A stretch of 59,813 bases of DNA, filler included, from Jimgerdemannia flammicorona (lineage: Eukaryota), in the NCBI GenBank assembly GCA_003990765.1. It is 3 parts of 3 records of this genome, joined end to end, with 100 filler letters (N's around TTAATTAATTAA, not from the genome) between each part and the next. Parts side by side here need not be neighbours in the genome. Positions count along the whole stretch, not along the records: positions 19,978 to 39,846 come from RBNJ01001820.1; 2 more parts are not named here. The stretch is one strand, 5' to 3'. The translations under genes were made by a program, and so were the position numbers. Within the stretch, counting starts at the first letter, position 1; each line of letters begins with the position of its first letter. Shown piece after piece: positions 22,912 through 35,489 of this stretch. Under the pieces are notes generated by a model. The model was not told where the DNA came from. It worked only from the letters and a program-made list of their open reading frames with translations, and searched no databases.

Positions 22912-25900
22912 GTTGCATAGTTAATTTCGGCATCATTGAACTTGTGGGAATGATAGGCCACCAGGTGTCCTTCTTGCATGAGCATGGCTCCAAGGGCTAG
23001 GTCAGAAGCATCAGTAGTAACTTCATATGGCAGGGCAGGGTTTGCCACTTGAAGTACTGGGGTGATTATCAAGGCATCTTTCAGTGCTTGAAAGGCTGTA
23101 TCTTGTTCAGGTCCCCAATTTACAAGATTGTTGAAGTCTTTCTCTTGTTTCATGGTCCAGGGCTGTTCTCCTTTCTTGTTGTACTTGGTCATTTGGGTAA
23201 GGGCAGTAGTAATTTTAGCAAAGTTGGCAACAAATCATCTGTAATAGTTTACTAATTCCAGGAATGACTGTAGGTCCTTCAACTTCTTGGGTCTGGGCCA
23301 ATCCTTGATTGCAGAGATTTTTCTGGGGTCCACTTTGATTCCATTTGGGGTGACAATGTGTCCAAGGAATTGATTTGCAAAGAGTCGATTTTCTCAGAGT
23401 TTCAGTAGACTAGTTCAAGGTGTTTGAGATGTTTCTCCAGGGTTTTGCTGAAGACTAGGATGTCATCAATGTAGACAACAATAAATTTGTCTAGATATGG
23501 GTGTAGGATGGTATTCATCAGGGTCTGGAAGATTACTAGAGCATTAGTTAAGCCAAAAGGCATAACCAGGAATTTGAAGTATCCATAGCAGGTTCAAAAG
23601 ACTGTCTTGTAGATGTCTTCTTCTTTCATGACAATTTGCCAGTAACTATTTTGTAGGTCAAAAGAGCTCATAAATTGTGGATTGGTGAGCCTATCGAATA
23701 TTTCATCGATTCTGGGTAGTGGGCAATAGTTCTTGATGGTCTATTCATTGAGATCATGGTAATTAATGCATATTCACAAGTCTTCTCCTTTCTTTACAAT
23801 GAAGAGGACTGGTGCACCATAGGGTGATATACTAGGTCTGATAAATCTTTGTTCTAGAAGTTTATCAATTTCTTTCTTGAGTATATCAATTTCTCTCAAT
23901 GACATATGGTAGATTGACTTGAAGGCTGGCTTGGTATCTGGGATGGTCTTGATGGTATGGTCTACTGCTCATTTAGGAGGTGGGCCTTTTAGAAGTTTCT
24001 TTGGGAATATGTCTCTGAATTTCTGGAGTAGTGGTCTGACATAGCTGTCAACTTTGGAAAAGTCTTCTTCAGAGTTCTCAGGTTCTCCTTTGGATGGGCA
24101 GATGGAGATGGTGAAGAGAGGACATTTCTTGGCTAATTTTTTGAGTTATAGCTTGTTGATATGTATGATCTTTGGTCTAGGGTCACTAGAGTTGAGTGAG
24201 TCCTTTTTGCCTTGCAGCTTGAAGTTGTAGCATTCTTTCTTAATAGTCAGAGAATGGTTTATCCAATTGATCATAGGGTTCTCTTATTTCAACCATGGGG
24301 TTCCAAGAATGATCTTGTTGTCAGGAAGTAGTACAATTTGGAAGGTAACATGTACTCAGTAGTCACTAATTCGGAAGAGTAGATTGCAGACTTTCTTGCT
24401 AATAATATATGAGGTTCTATCAGCTATAGCAACTGCTTGAGTTTATTATACCAGAGAGGTGAAGACCTTGAGTCTATTGGCTGTTTCTTCATTGATGAAG
24501 TTGCCTGAGGCACTGCTGTCTATCATATTCTTGACAGGTGCTTGGTTGATAAAAGCTTGGAGTGTAAGTAGTTTGTCTGATATAATAGTGGTGATTTCAG
24601 TTATAGGAACTTTCCTTCTGTTGATTCTTCTTTGAGCCAATTCATTGACATAAGAGAAGCAATCATCAATCATTCAGGAAGAGTACATTTCAATGCCATG
24701 GGGGCATCGGCTGCTTGGTACATATCCATCTTCGATTTTCTTGTAGAATTGTTCTTCTTTATTTATAGTAGGTTGGGCTGGGGTCTTGTTTGATGAGCCA
24801 AATCCTTTGGATCCTCAGATGGTAGGTAGTAGTTCAGGGACTTCCTTAATTGTCAGAGTTGACTCAATTTTTTTAAATAGGATCTGGGCAATACAGAATC
24901 CAATGGAAATCTTGAAAAGTATCTAACTGTGGTTTCAGATAAGGACAATAATTTTGCCTGTGTAATCCTCATCAATGACTCCTCCTTCTACTGAGAGTCC
25001 TTTCAATACTAAGCTGCTACAACAGCATATGCTTCCAACATGTCCTTCTGGAATTTGGATGCTGATTCCTGTATAGACTTACTTGACTTCTTAGTTGGAG
25101 ACTGTAGCTTCTTCAGCTACATATAGGTTATATCCAGCTGCTTTTTGACTTCCTTTGGTTGGGGCCTTGGCAGTTTGTCTTAACTTGACAAAGTCTAGTA
25201 TTCTGGTGGTCAGGTTATTGAGATGGTACAGAGTAGTAACAGTTGCTCATATTGCTGTTTGGGGTTTTCAGTTGAGGTAGGTACTGGTCATGTGTCCTGT
25301 CTTTCGGTAGTAGAAGCATGCTCTACTTTTTCAAAGTTCATTCCTTTCTCCTTTGGTGAGTTTCTTGAAGGTACTTGGCTGAGTGAGTTTATGATTTCTG
25401 GGTGTCCATGAGATAGATGTGGAGAGAGCTCAAGATGCTTCATGCTTGGGTTCTTCTTTCTTGGTCCAAGTCTTTTCCTTGTTGTTGAATTGTCTTTGGG
25501 GCAGAATGGGTCCAGCTGTTAGGATTCACTTGACCATAGTCTTGATTCTTGTCAGGCACCATTATTGGTGATCACAACTAACTAGACAGCCTTGTTCTTG
25601 GATTTTCCTAGTAAGCCATTCAGGCAGGGCATCAAATAAATGGTCTGCTCTTGTACCATTTTGTGCTTCATCATTGGCAATATATCCTAGGCCAATAGTA
25701 TTCAGGAGTGACTCAAGTTTTGTATAGAAGGTTTCAAATTCTTCTTTGCCATATATATCAAATTTGAGGTTGTGGAGTTTTACTCGAGATTCGGCAATCA
25801 TGGTTTCACTGTGGTATTGAGCAATCATAAGTTGTTTGAGTCCAGGGGCTGCAGGATGGGCTCCATATCCTGGGATATTGTTTGCTACATTCTGAGCAAC

Positions 25901-27866
25901 TATTGCAGATCAGGGGTCCCATGTGAGGGATTTTTCAGGAAGGGTTCGCCACCATTCTTTAGTGGGTCCTTGGAAGAATGTAACAACTCAGTGAACATAG
26001 GCTGTAGTGGTAGCAAAGAGTTGTTTCAGAGTATGGTCTTGATTATTTGTCAGAAGACAGTTAGCAACTCACTCATTGGTCCATTGATTGGCTTTGAAGT
26101 TGGTGTCAACTACACTAATGAAACTTTGGACTTCTTGTGTAGTACCATTGAAGGTAGGTAGACTCAGATTTTTAGTAGGTTGGGTCTGTTCAGCTAAGGC
26201 AGTAATGGTTGCTGCCATTATGGCTACCTGGGCTGTGAGGTCTAGAATCTGTTGGTTTGCCATATTATTTACTGAAGGCAGTTAGACTACTGATAGTGAT
26301 GTTACTAGTACTACTTGAGATACTAGTACAAAGTGTGATGGGGTTCTTTGAGTCTGTGTAAGTTGTTGGAGTAGTAGTTGTGGGTCTGGAGTGAGGGCTT
26401 GATAGATAGCTGTCTATTGCTATATAGGTGTATTCTGTCCTAATGGAGGTATGTCTCCTTCGATAGTATATCTGAGATTGAATTCACTGAGATACTCCTC
26501 CTCTTCTTCAGTTTGGTCCCCATATAATTGGATTTGCTCGGCATCAAAGTAGATAGAATCAGTTGTATATCTGATTTCGGATGGACTTAGTTCAAAATCA
26601 AGTTCTGGTTTGATATTGGTTTCAGGTTCAGGTAGGGCTATAGCTGGGCCTGCTTCTGGTTCAGGGTCAGGTTATTGATGAAGGGTTTCTCTTGCTTCTT
26701 CCTTAAGGATATGGTGGGCCTTGCTGTTCTGGAATCAGTAGTATAACATGGTCTTGCTCCTGGTATGGTGAAAGTCAGTAGAGTTAAGCCACTTAGCTAC
26801 AGAGGCTTGGGCTTCATGAGGAACTAAGGCTAGAAAGACTGCTGCTGGTTGTCCTAGGTTGCTTAGATTTGTGGAGCTGACAAAACTCTTATTGAGAAGA
26901 GTAAAGAAGGCTTCAATAAGACCTTTTTCATCCTGACTTGCTGGATGTAGTGCAAGGAGTTTAGTGAATAGGGTTTTGTCTATTTGCTGGTTTAATCAGA
27001 GTACTTCTTTCTTTAAATGAAGTTTGTCACACTTGTTGCAGATGTGAAGGTCAAATTGTCCTTATATGTCAGGTTCAATTCTCTCCAGATTATCAGATGG
27101 TTCAGAATAAATTCCAGTTCAGAGGTTGGGCTTTATACCAACTTGTAGGAATTCTCAGAGGGGTTTTGTAGTAGGGTGAGGAAGTATCTTAAAGTGGAAT
27201 TGGATTGTAAACTGCTGCTACTAAGTTGTAAGAGAGTTGCTTTTTTGAAGTAACTATTATGTAGTTCTGGAAGGATTTTCTGGAAGTTCTAGATATTCTG
27301 AAAGACTATTTTCTTATGGTCAAGATCAATTTCATATAGAGTACATCCTCTATGCTTATTGATTTCAAGATCAGGTTGATGTCTCAACTAAAGTCCTTTT
27401 TCAGACTAGTTTTAGATATTTAGGATTTTCTGTATTTCAGAAAGTTTGAGAAACTAAGACTAGCTTAGTTGAATTGGCATATCACTGCAGACAATACCCA
27501 ATTAGGAAATTTCATAATAGTGTTAGGAGTGAGACCTAACAGGGAGCAGATTTACTTAAGAGTGGTTTGTAGGTTATTAAATAGGTTTATTTGCTATTTA
27601 TGATATTGCTATACTAGGAGTAGTTGTATGAAGGGATATTGTGGGGAAGTATTCAGGAATATTCTTATATGTTTGAGTCTGAGATTCTGAGGTCTGAGGG
27701 AGGGGGTATTTATACTAGTAAGGGGCTATCTAGACTATGCTAGATATGGATGTAGCACTAAGTGCCTTGCTGAGTCAGAATATAGTTATATAGTATAAGA
27801 CTAATCTAACTATACTATGACTGCTAAGCTATCTATAGGTTTAGGCACTATCTGGGTAATTCTTAA
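22912..27866 (-). mobile_element. Ty3/Gypsy relic: LTR end, long pre-gag ORF, gag, dUTPase, protease, RT and partial RNase H (integrase absent)
   Basis: gag MANQQILDL...LPTFNG (26263); knuckle ACFYYRKTGH (~25300); protease MIDSSASGNFI (~24510); [31 protein letters not shown] (~23460); RNase H VTTDASDLALGAML. LTR TATAAATACCCCC at ~27714. Confidence 0.92.
24790..25198 (-). pseudogene. Retroelement-encoded trimeric-type dUTPase domain between gag and protease
   Basis: All five motifs are recognisable: KAAGYNLY, CSSLV, GGVIDEDYTGKI, FCIAQI and TI*GSKGFGSS. Confidence 0.92.
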
Positions 27867-28555
27867 TAGTGCTCTCAATGAATTGAATCGAGTTGAATTT
27901 GACCTCAATTCAATTCGATTCGAAATATTCAAGGGCCAATTCAATTCAATTGAATCGAATCAAAGGTCCAATTTGATTCGAAGTTTGATTTGAACCTTAA
28001 TTTTTCAATATTCAACAACTCAACGAAAACATGTCCAAAATTAATGAATTTTAGCTTGTTGGATTTGCCTTATTTAGGCGAATCCAACACAATAAAGAAT
28101 AACAAATTTGGATATGTTTTCGTCAAGTTATTGCATTTTGAAGTTTAGGTAGTACTCCAATGAATCGAAATTCGATTCAAATCGAATCAATTTGATTCGA
28201 ATGAATCAAATCAAATCAATTTGATTCAAACTCGAACGGATCGAATCAAATCAATTCGATTTGAATCTAAATATAATAGTAATTCACACACATGGTTTAA
28301 TATACAACAACACTCTCTCAAAGTAATCAAGCATGTCCAATACACTTTTGATATCACTATCTATGGAGGATACTATGATAATAGCTTCAGTGTTAGATGC
28401 AAGTATAGCTACAACAAGTGTAGTCTCATCACAGATCTCATCATGGTCTGAGAAAGGAAAAGAATGCTCTGACATTTAGAAGGAGTTCACAAAGGAGCAT
28501 ATGGAAAATGGAGATGTTTGAATCAAATATAACTACCCTCCACTATATTACCGGT

Positions 28556-29302
28556 CACAACATGGGCAACACGGGCAACACGGGCAACACGGGCAACACG
28601 GGCAAGACAGGCAAGACGGGCAAGACAGCAAGATGGGCAACATGGGCAAGATGGACAGATGGCAAGACAGGCGACATAGGCAAAATGGGCAAAATGGGCA
28701 ACACAGGCAACACGGGCAATACAGACAACACAGGCAATATGGGCAATATGGGCAACATGGGCAACATGGGTAACACAGGCAACACGGGTGGGCAAGACAG
28801 GCAAGATGGGTAAGACAGCAAGATGACAAGATGAGTGACATGGACAAGACGGGTAAGATGGGCAAGATGGGCAAGACAGGTAAGACAGGCAAGATGGGCA
28901 AGATGGGCAAGATGGCAAGATGGCAAGATGGGCAACATGGGCAAGATAGGTAGCAGCAAGACAGGCAATACATATGGGCAAGATGGGCAAAATAGGCAAA
29001 ACAGGCAAAATGGACAAAATGGGCAAAATGGGCAAAATGGGTAACACAGGCAATATGAGCAACATGGGCAGGCAATACAGGCAACACGGGCAATATGGGC
29101 AGGTAACACAGGCAACATGGGCAACACGGGCAGGCAACAAGGGCAACATGGGCAACACAGGCAACACAGGCAGGCAACACAGGCAACACAGGCAATATGG
29201 GCAACATGGGCAGGCAAGACGGGCAAGATGGGCAAGATGGCAAGATGGGCAACATGGGTAAGATGGGCAGACAGTAAGACAGGCGACATGGGTAAGACAG
29301 GG
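28556..29302 (+). repeat. ~9-bp minisatellite (GGGCAACAC / GGGCAAGAT variants) inside the transposase BED region
   Basis: Directly visible tandem array of about 750 bp. Confidence 0.95.
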
Positions 29303-29452
29303 ATCAAATGTAACTACTGTAGAGCATCATATAAAGCTATTGGTAGTTCAATAATAAATTTGTGGGCACATTTTAATAAGTATCATAAGAGTCATCAAGG
29401 AGGAGGAGGGATAGAGTTATTTTTTTTGCAAGTATGTTTTTTATATAACTTG

Positions 29453-29509
<57 letters not shown>

Positions 29510-30086
29510 TTATTGTTATTAATTTATTATTATCTTACAATATTCAAAAATAGCCAAAATTCTCCATGCCATTATTTTGAGAAAAGCTTGTTTGCTAGAT
29601 TATTAGTAACAGTCAGTCTTTTATGGTTGTTGAGAATTTGAAGTTGAAAGATGTTTTTTCCCTTTTAAAACCAGACATTATTATGCCTTCTGCTGGAACT
29701 ATATGAAATGAAATTAAACTGGTCTTTCAACAGAAGCATGATACCATCAAAATTATGTTACAGATAAGATCTAATATTTTGACATTGAATATTAATTCAA
29801 ATATTCGAATTAATCTTATTGTATTCGAAAATAGAATATATAAGGTCAAATATTCTTCACTATTGATACATGGATATCTCCAAATATGCATGCATTTCTT
29901 GGAATTAATGCATACTGGATCTATCAGAATTGGCAACTCAACTATATACTGATTGATTTTGTTAAGCTATCAGGATCTCATTCAGGTAAAAATATCACTG
30001 ATGCCTTTGGAAGATGTGTTCAAGATTTTGACATACAGACAAAGGTATGTAGATCATATTTTGAAAAGGTCAAAAAAAAAAAAGTC

Positions 30087-30212
30087 AGGATAGTTGGGAT
30101 TTTCGAAAAGAGTGGAATTTTCAGGATTTTTCGAAAAAGAGCAGGATTTTTCAAAAAAGGGCAGGATTTTCAAAAAAGGTCAGAATTTTTGAAAAAGATC
30201 AGAATTTTAGAA
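30087..30212 (+). repeat. Short degenerate tandem repeat (ggatttttcgaaaaag-like) in a transposase intron
   Basis: Visible repeated units between the donor gtatgt (~30045) and acceptor (~30248). Confidence 0.7.
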
Positions 30213-31879
30213 AACTTATATTTCGAATTATTGATCTTTCACTCTAGATATTAGCTATAACAACAGACAATATATCTAACAACAACATGTTTTTTCAAGT
30301 AATTGGAATAGAGTTTGATACTGGCCTTTATCAGCCAATACAATATGTTCACTGTCTGGCTCATATTATTAATCTGGCTGCTTAGGCCTTTTTAATTTGT
30401 ATGAAGGCTGATGATGATAGGGAACTAATTTCAAAACTCCAGACAAGTATTATCAAGATTCAGTCATCACCACAATGTCTTGATCGATTTAAAGCACAAT
30501 ATAAAGCTTTTGGAATCAGCAATCCAAAAGAACTTATTCTGGATATTAAGACTTGGTGGAATTCGATGTATTTTATAATTGAATGGGCCTTAGAATTATC
30601 AGAGGTAAGTTTTATATTATATTATATTATATTATAATTTATATTATAATAATTTATTTATTAATAAATTAATTTTTATTAATAGCTCTTAACCACAACA
30701 ATTATGGCTGATAAAGATTTGCAAAAATATGCCATTAAAGATATTTGGCAGATGCTAAAAGATATTATAAAAATTCTAAAAAACTTTCAAAAGGTGACAG
30801 ATCTTGTAGCTAAGCAGAAATATACAACAATTTATATGGCTATTCCAATTTACAACTATCTGCTGAATAAGTTGGAGGATGATAAAGATATTCAAATGCC
30901 AAAGATGAGAGAGCCAACAGATGAGCCGACAGATGAGCCAACAGATATTATTCACCAGACAATAACAGCAGCTATTGATAAGTTGAAGATATATTATTCA
31001 ATGATAGATGGTCTTTATTATATTAGTACTAGTAAGTAAATATTTCAATAAATCTATTTTGAAATTTGCTTGGTACTAAGACAGTTTTGAAATTCGATCA
31101 GTTGGTCACTATGAATCTATTTTTTAGAATGAAAACCAGTTCTCAATCCCAGGATTAAACTAGAATATTATTCATCCCATGGTTGGGAAGATATTTGGAT
31201 TCAAGAGGCTGAAAACACACTTCATACAGTTTATAACAAAAACTATACCCCTCCATCTGGATCAGTTTATCACACAATTTCCAACATTGATGTCAATGTC
31301 AATATCGGCATTGATGTCAATGTTGATGTCAATGCTGTAATTGAAGAATGATAATGACATCCTTGCTGAACTAGATGAATATATATTCTATAGTGACAAA
31401 AGACAAAAACTGACAACAAATCCTGAGCAGGAGGTAGATGCTTATTTAAAAAGTAAAATTGTTAAATTTCAATCAGGAGTTGATATATTATCATGGTAGC
31501 AAGTGAGTTGGGCCTTCATATTTGAATTTGGTCTATATATTTCCAAAGTTTTTTTCTAATTAATTCAATTTATTGGAAACATTAGAGCCATAGCAGAGAT
31601 TTCCAAAATCTAGCAAAAATGGCATATGACTATTTAGCTATCCCAGTAACAAGTGCTCCAATTGAGCAGGTTTTTTCAAGTGGTACAGATCTTATAACAT
31701 CCAAAAGAGGCACTTTAGACTCTGAAACAATCTGTGAATATATGTGTTTAAAGGCATAGCAATCAGTCTAGTATTCTGATCTCGAAATATAGTATAATCT
31801 TGAAATATAGTTTCTCAAAATACCAAATATATATACATACCTGATCATTATATTGGAATTCTGAACAATGAAGTATCTA

Positions 31880-32320
31880 TATTTCAAGCTCTTAGCTTGC
31901 TTGTCTGCATCATATTAGTTCACTGCATTACCACCAAAGCTACTTGTTTGCACTATTGGCACCACTGAAGCTTCCTGGCATCACTACTTCGAAACTCTCC
32001 TGCTCTGTACCATATTGGCTCCATCAAAGCTACCTGTCTGCCAAAGCTTCCTGATGGCATTACTGCCTCAAAGCTCTCTATATTGCCTCACTGCATCACC
32101 ACTATATTTGAAGCTCTCAGCATTATAGCTATATTTGAAGTTCTTGGCTTGACTGTGTCACTACTATATTCAAAGCTCTCCATATTGGCTCATTGCATCA
32201 TCACCACTATATTCAAAGCTCTCAGCATTACACTGCTATATTCAAAGCTCTCGGTGTCATGCTTCGAAGCTCTCAGCATCACACTACTATATTCGAAGCT
32301 CTCAGCATCATGCCATATTT
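31880..32320 (+). repeat. Degenerate ~26-30-bp tandem repeat (cactatattcaaagctctcagcat) inside the hAT
   Basis: Repeated aagctctc-containing units. Confidence 0.75.
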
Positions 32321-32398
32321 GAATCTAAGCATCAGATAAAAAACATATAAATAGGCTGTCTAAGCTACACTTCTGTCTGCATTTTGAGCTAAAAAAAA

Positions 32399-32990
32399 AT
32401 GACCGATGAATTTCAAAATTACCTTCACCATTTATCTCTGCAAGTTTATCTTGAAGACTTCTCCAAGCACTTTGAGGAAATGAACAAGACCATCAGCAAA
32501 GTTTTCAAATGGCTAAATAATGACAATGATGACAAGACTGATGAAAACTACAAGAAAAACAAGAAGAAAATAGAGAAAGCACTTGAGAGATTTATCTCAG
32601 CCAGCTATACCCTTGCCAACCCTCAAGTCCAAGCCCCTGCTGGCCCTCAAGCCCAAGCCCCTGTTGGCCCTCAAGCCCAAGCCCCAGCCAGCCCTCAAGC
32701 CCTGGCCCCAGCCCCTCAAGCCCCAGCCCCAGCCTCTCAAGCTCTGGGCCCTCAAGCCCTGGCCCCTCAAGCTCCGGCCCCTCAAGCCCTGGTCCCTTAA
32801 GCCCCAGTCCCTCAAGCCCTGGCCCCAAAGCCAAGAAGAGGATGATATATTACAAGTTGCCATAATTGCAGAGTGTATGGTAAACATGTCATACCATTCC
32901 CAGGATTTGTCAACATCTTGATCCAACCATTCCCGATATTCCTCCAGACAAAAGACCATATGATAATATACATCGGATAGCAGCTGCTAT
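32399..32990 (+). pseudogene. Second ORF carried inside the hAT: charged N-terminus, Q/A/P repeat, SCHNCR motif; function unknown
   Basis: ORF 32399-32800 from the track. The repeat continues past a TAA into PRRG*YITSCHNCRV. Confidence 0.4.
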
Positions 32991-33448
32991 GGCCAGGCAT
33001 ACTGGGAATGCTTGAATTTGTATATCAGGTGATGGATCGCTGTCGGTGGTGATATATAGGAAGAAAATGGATGTAGCAACACTGGAGATGGTGGCAAGTG
33101 GTGGGGGGATGTGCTGGGATTGGCCAGGAATGCTGAATTGTGAATAAATTAGGATAGGAATTAGGATGCTTGAATGAATAGTGTGAAAATGAATTGTGCG
33201 GCAGATACCAGAAATACTGAATTGTGAAAATTGATTACAAATAAAAAGATTGATAATACAAGATTGATGATGTAAGATTCGAATTGAACCCTCAATTTGA
33301 TTTGATTGAATCAAATCAGACCCTCAATTCAATTCGATTTTGATTTGATTTGACTTTGATTTGAATCAAAAAATCCTCAATTTAATTCGACTCCAATCAA
33401 TCCCAATTCGATTTGATTCGAATTGATTTGATTCATTTGGGAGCACTA

Positions 33449-34822
33449 GTTCTTGATGATATCACCATCAATGATATTATCTCTGATGGAGTAGTTGTCT
33501 AAGAAAAGTGGTTTGCAGATTACTTCTCCTTGTTTGCTGAGGTAATAATACATATATTGGAACTTTGTCATCATCCCACAGGATTGCATTGTCTGTCTCA
33601 TATGCTGAATAAGGTATTGGTGGGTAAAGAAGGAGTGCATCATCTTTGCTTTCATCAGATTTGCTATCTACATATCTTCTATAGATTACAGTACTATGAG
33701 TCACAGGGTTATAGTAAGCTGGTGGCTGTGGTTCATGTTGTTCATACTCAGGTGGTGGAGTTGTTAGTTCAATATTGCAGGTTGTCTGAAGGTACAGGTT
33801 GTGTTCTCTGGTCTCTTCATTATAGTTGAAGTAATCAAGAGTAAATGCAGGTTAGTATTCATATCAGTGGTCATTGTCCCAATAAGTCTCGTATGTAGTT
33901 ATGAACTGTTGTAAGTTCATCAGCAGTATTGGTGGTATGATCAGGGTTGGCAGAGATCCTTGGCTTAAGATCATGTCAGCATCAGAGAGATCATTGTCTT
34001 CTGCTTCATCTTCATTGAACTGGATTATATTGTAGATATCCTTCATAGTATATCCAACTTGGGGCATTTGTAGGATGTGGTTATCAGGGTGCAGAAAGGT
34101 TCTGTCAGTAGTCTGAACATACTTGAGATACTTGTGGTTGAGTTCTTATATCATATCATCGATTTGGCCATAGGACAGGGTAGCAACCATTTTAGTGATA
34201 GTAACTCAGAGATAGGGAATAAAGGTGCTGTACTCATAAAAGAGTTCTTGGTATTTGCAGGCAATGAGTTTCTAGTATTGAGACATCTGGGTAATATCTG
34301 TATCATAGTGGTGTTTGACTATATCTTCTAGGAGGCAGCTGATCTGGTAGTAGCTTGAGATTTGTCTGATTTAGTGGGCCTCATTAAGCATGTTTAGGGT
34401 ATTCCATTGGGCTTCCATGAAGTAGAGGGGTGCTAGGCTATGGATATTCATAAGGGGCAGAGGGAGTGTGGTTTGATTGATAATAGTATTCCAAATATCA
34501 GTGTGGATGTGGTTGTAGATCTCAGTGGTCATGTTTGTGTATATTTAGAAGTTATAGTTATTGTTTGTTTTGGTTCTCTATTTCAATGTGTCTCAGTACT
34601 TGGTATATATGTATTTAGTCCTGATTGGTAAGATTCTGTTTATATAAATCTTGTATTCTGTGACTTTGTATTGACTCAGCTTTGTGTGCTGTGACTTCAG
34701 TTTGACTCAGCTTTGTGATCTTGCAGGTGATTTCCAGATTTGTTTGGAGGTCACAGGTGATTTCAGTGGCTTGTTCAGAGGGTGACATGTGATTTCAGTG
34801 GCTTGGAGGTTGTGTACTTACA
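33449..34822 (-). mobile_element. Distal (U3) part of the long 5' LTR of the 22912-27866 Gypsy, containing a ~365-codon decayed ORF starting at 34532
   Basis: TG terminus shared with 5122. ORF MTTEIYNHIHTDIWNTII...LFLDNYSIRDNIIDGDIIKN continues across the hAT to a stop at 27843-27841, upstream of the TATA box. Confidence 0.75.
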
Positions 34823-35195
34823 CTAATACTATAGTGCAAACAGGAATTATAACACAAGCTCCCAAAGGTACATATATCTGCCTTGCTGAGCAAAGCAGCC
34901 TAGCTAAAGAGTTCAATATTGGGCTAGGAGGAGGAGTAGTTGACCAAGAATTTACTGGTGAAATCTGTATCATCTTGTGAAATTTTGGAGACATATCATT
35001 TGAAGTCAAAGTAGGCCAAAGAATTGCCCAAGCAATCATTGAAGAAATCTGTCAAGATCTCACCATCAAAGAAGTCATCAAGCTCTCTCAGACAGACTAT
35101 AGCAAGAAAGAGTTTGGATCAACCAACAAACCTCCTAGTCAAAGGGTCACCACTATGAAGGAAGATGATGAAAACTGGTATAAGAGAATTACAAG
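34823..35195 (+). pseudogene. Gypsy dUTPase fragment, inverted relative of 39125-39510, truncated by the LTR at 34822
   Basis: QSSLAKEFNIGLGGGVVDQEFTGEI, GQRIAQ, TDYSKKEFGST and MKEDDENWYKRI. Confidence 0.9.
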
Positions 35196-35489
35196 TAACA
35201 ATATCTATCACACAGATGGACTTAGATTGGTTTTGATATTATCAGCTTTCCTAAGTTCTATATGAAGTATCTGTCATTATCCAGTAGAGATGATACAGAT
35301 GGTATGAAATGAAGTTGTTCAAATGTGTTTTGCTATACTATACTAGATTGTCCTTTACCTGAGTGTCTTTTTGTTAATTATAGTATTTCTTTTTTTGCAA
35401 TATTCAATATTATATATTTTTGGATAAAAAATATATAGTATCCTCCTGTTTGCTATATGCTCTAATTTTTAAAAGCTGCAGTTTCTTCC

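Larger units (their letters stand above)
28460..31770 (+). pseudogene. Intron-containing hAT transposase pseudogene (BED finger, DDE core, dimerisation domain)
   Basis: IKCNYC...GSSIINLWAHFNKYH (~29305); FTIDTWIS; LSGSHSGKNI; ITTDNISNN; HCLAHIINL; DIKTWWNS; VLNPRIKLEYY; LAKMAYDYLAIPVTSAPIEQVFS. Confidence 0.92.
27867..33448 (+). mobile_element. hAT DNA transposon with TIRs, subterminal GAATC/GATTC arrays and decayed 8-bp TSD
   Basis: Left end TAGTGCTCTCAATGAAT; right end reverse complement TAGTGCTCCCAAATGAAT. TSD attcttaa (27859-27866) / gttcttga (33449-33456). The flanks rejoin to match 6430-6500. Confidence 0.93.

Noticed and set aside
28508..29307. Long ORFs rich in GNT/GKM, LPVLP or CPCC repeats in several frames
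   Set aside because: They are translations of the 9-bp minisatellite, open on both strands, and are not credible metallothionein or antifreeze-type genes.
29455..29508. Poly(T) run as another LINE stub
   Set aside because: No flanking TSD or CTAT/TAT terminus is evident, and it lies in a transposase intron.
31880..32320. CRISPR-like repeat-spacer pattern
   Set aside because: Units are degenerate and contiguous with no unique constant-length spacers, there are no cas genes, and the context is a eukaryotic transposon.
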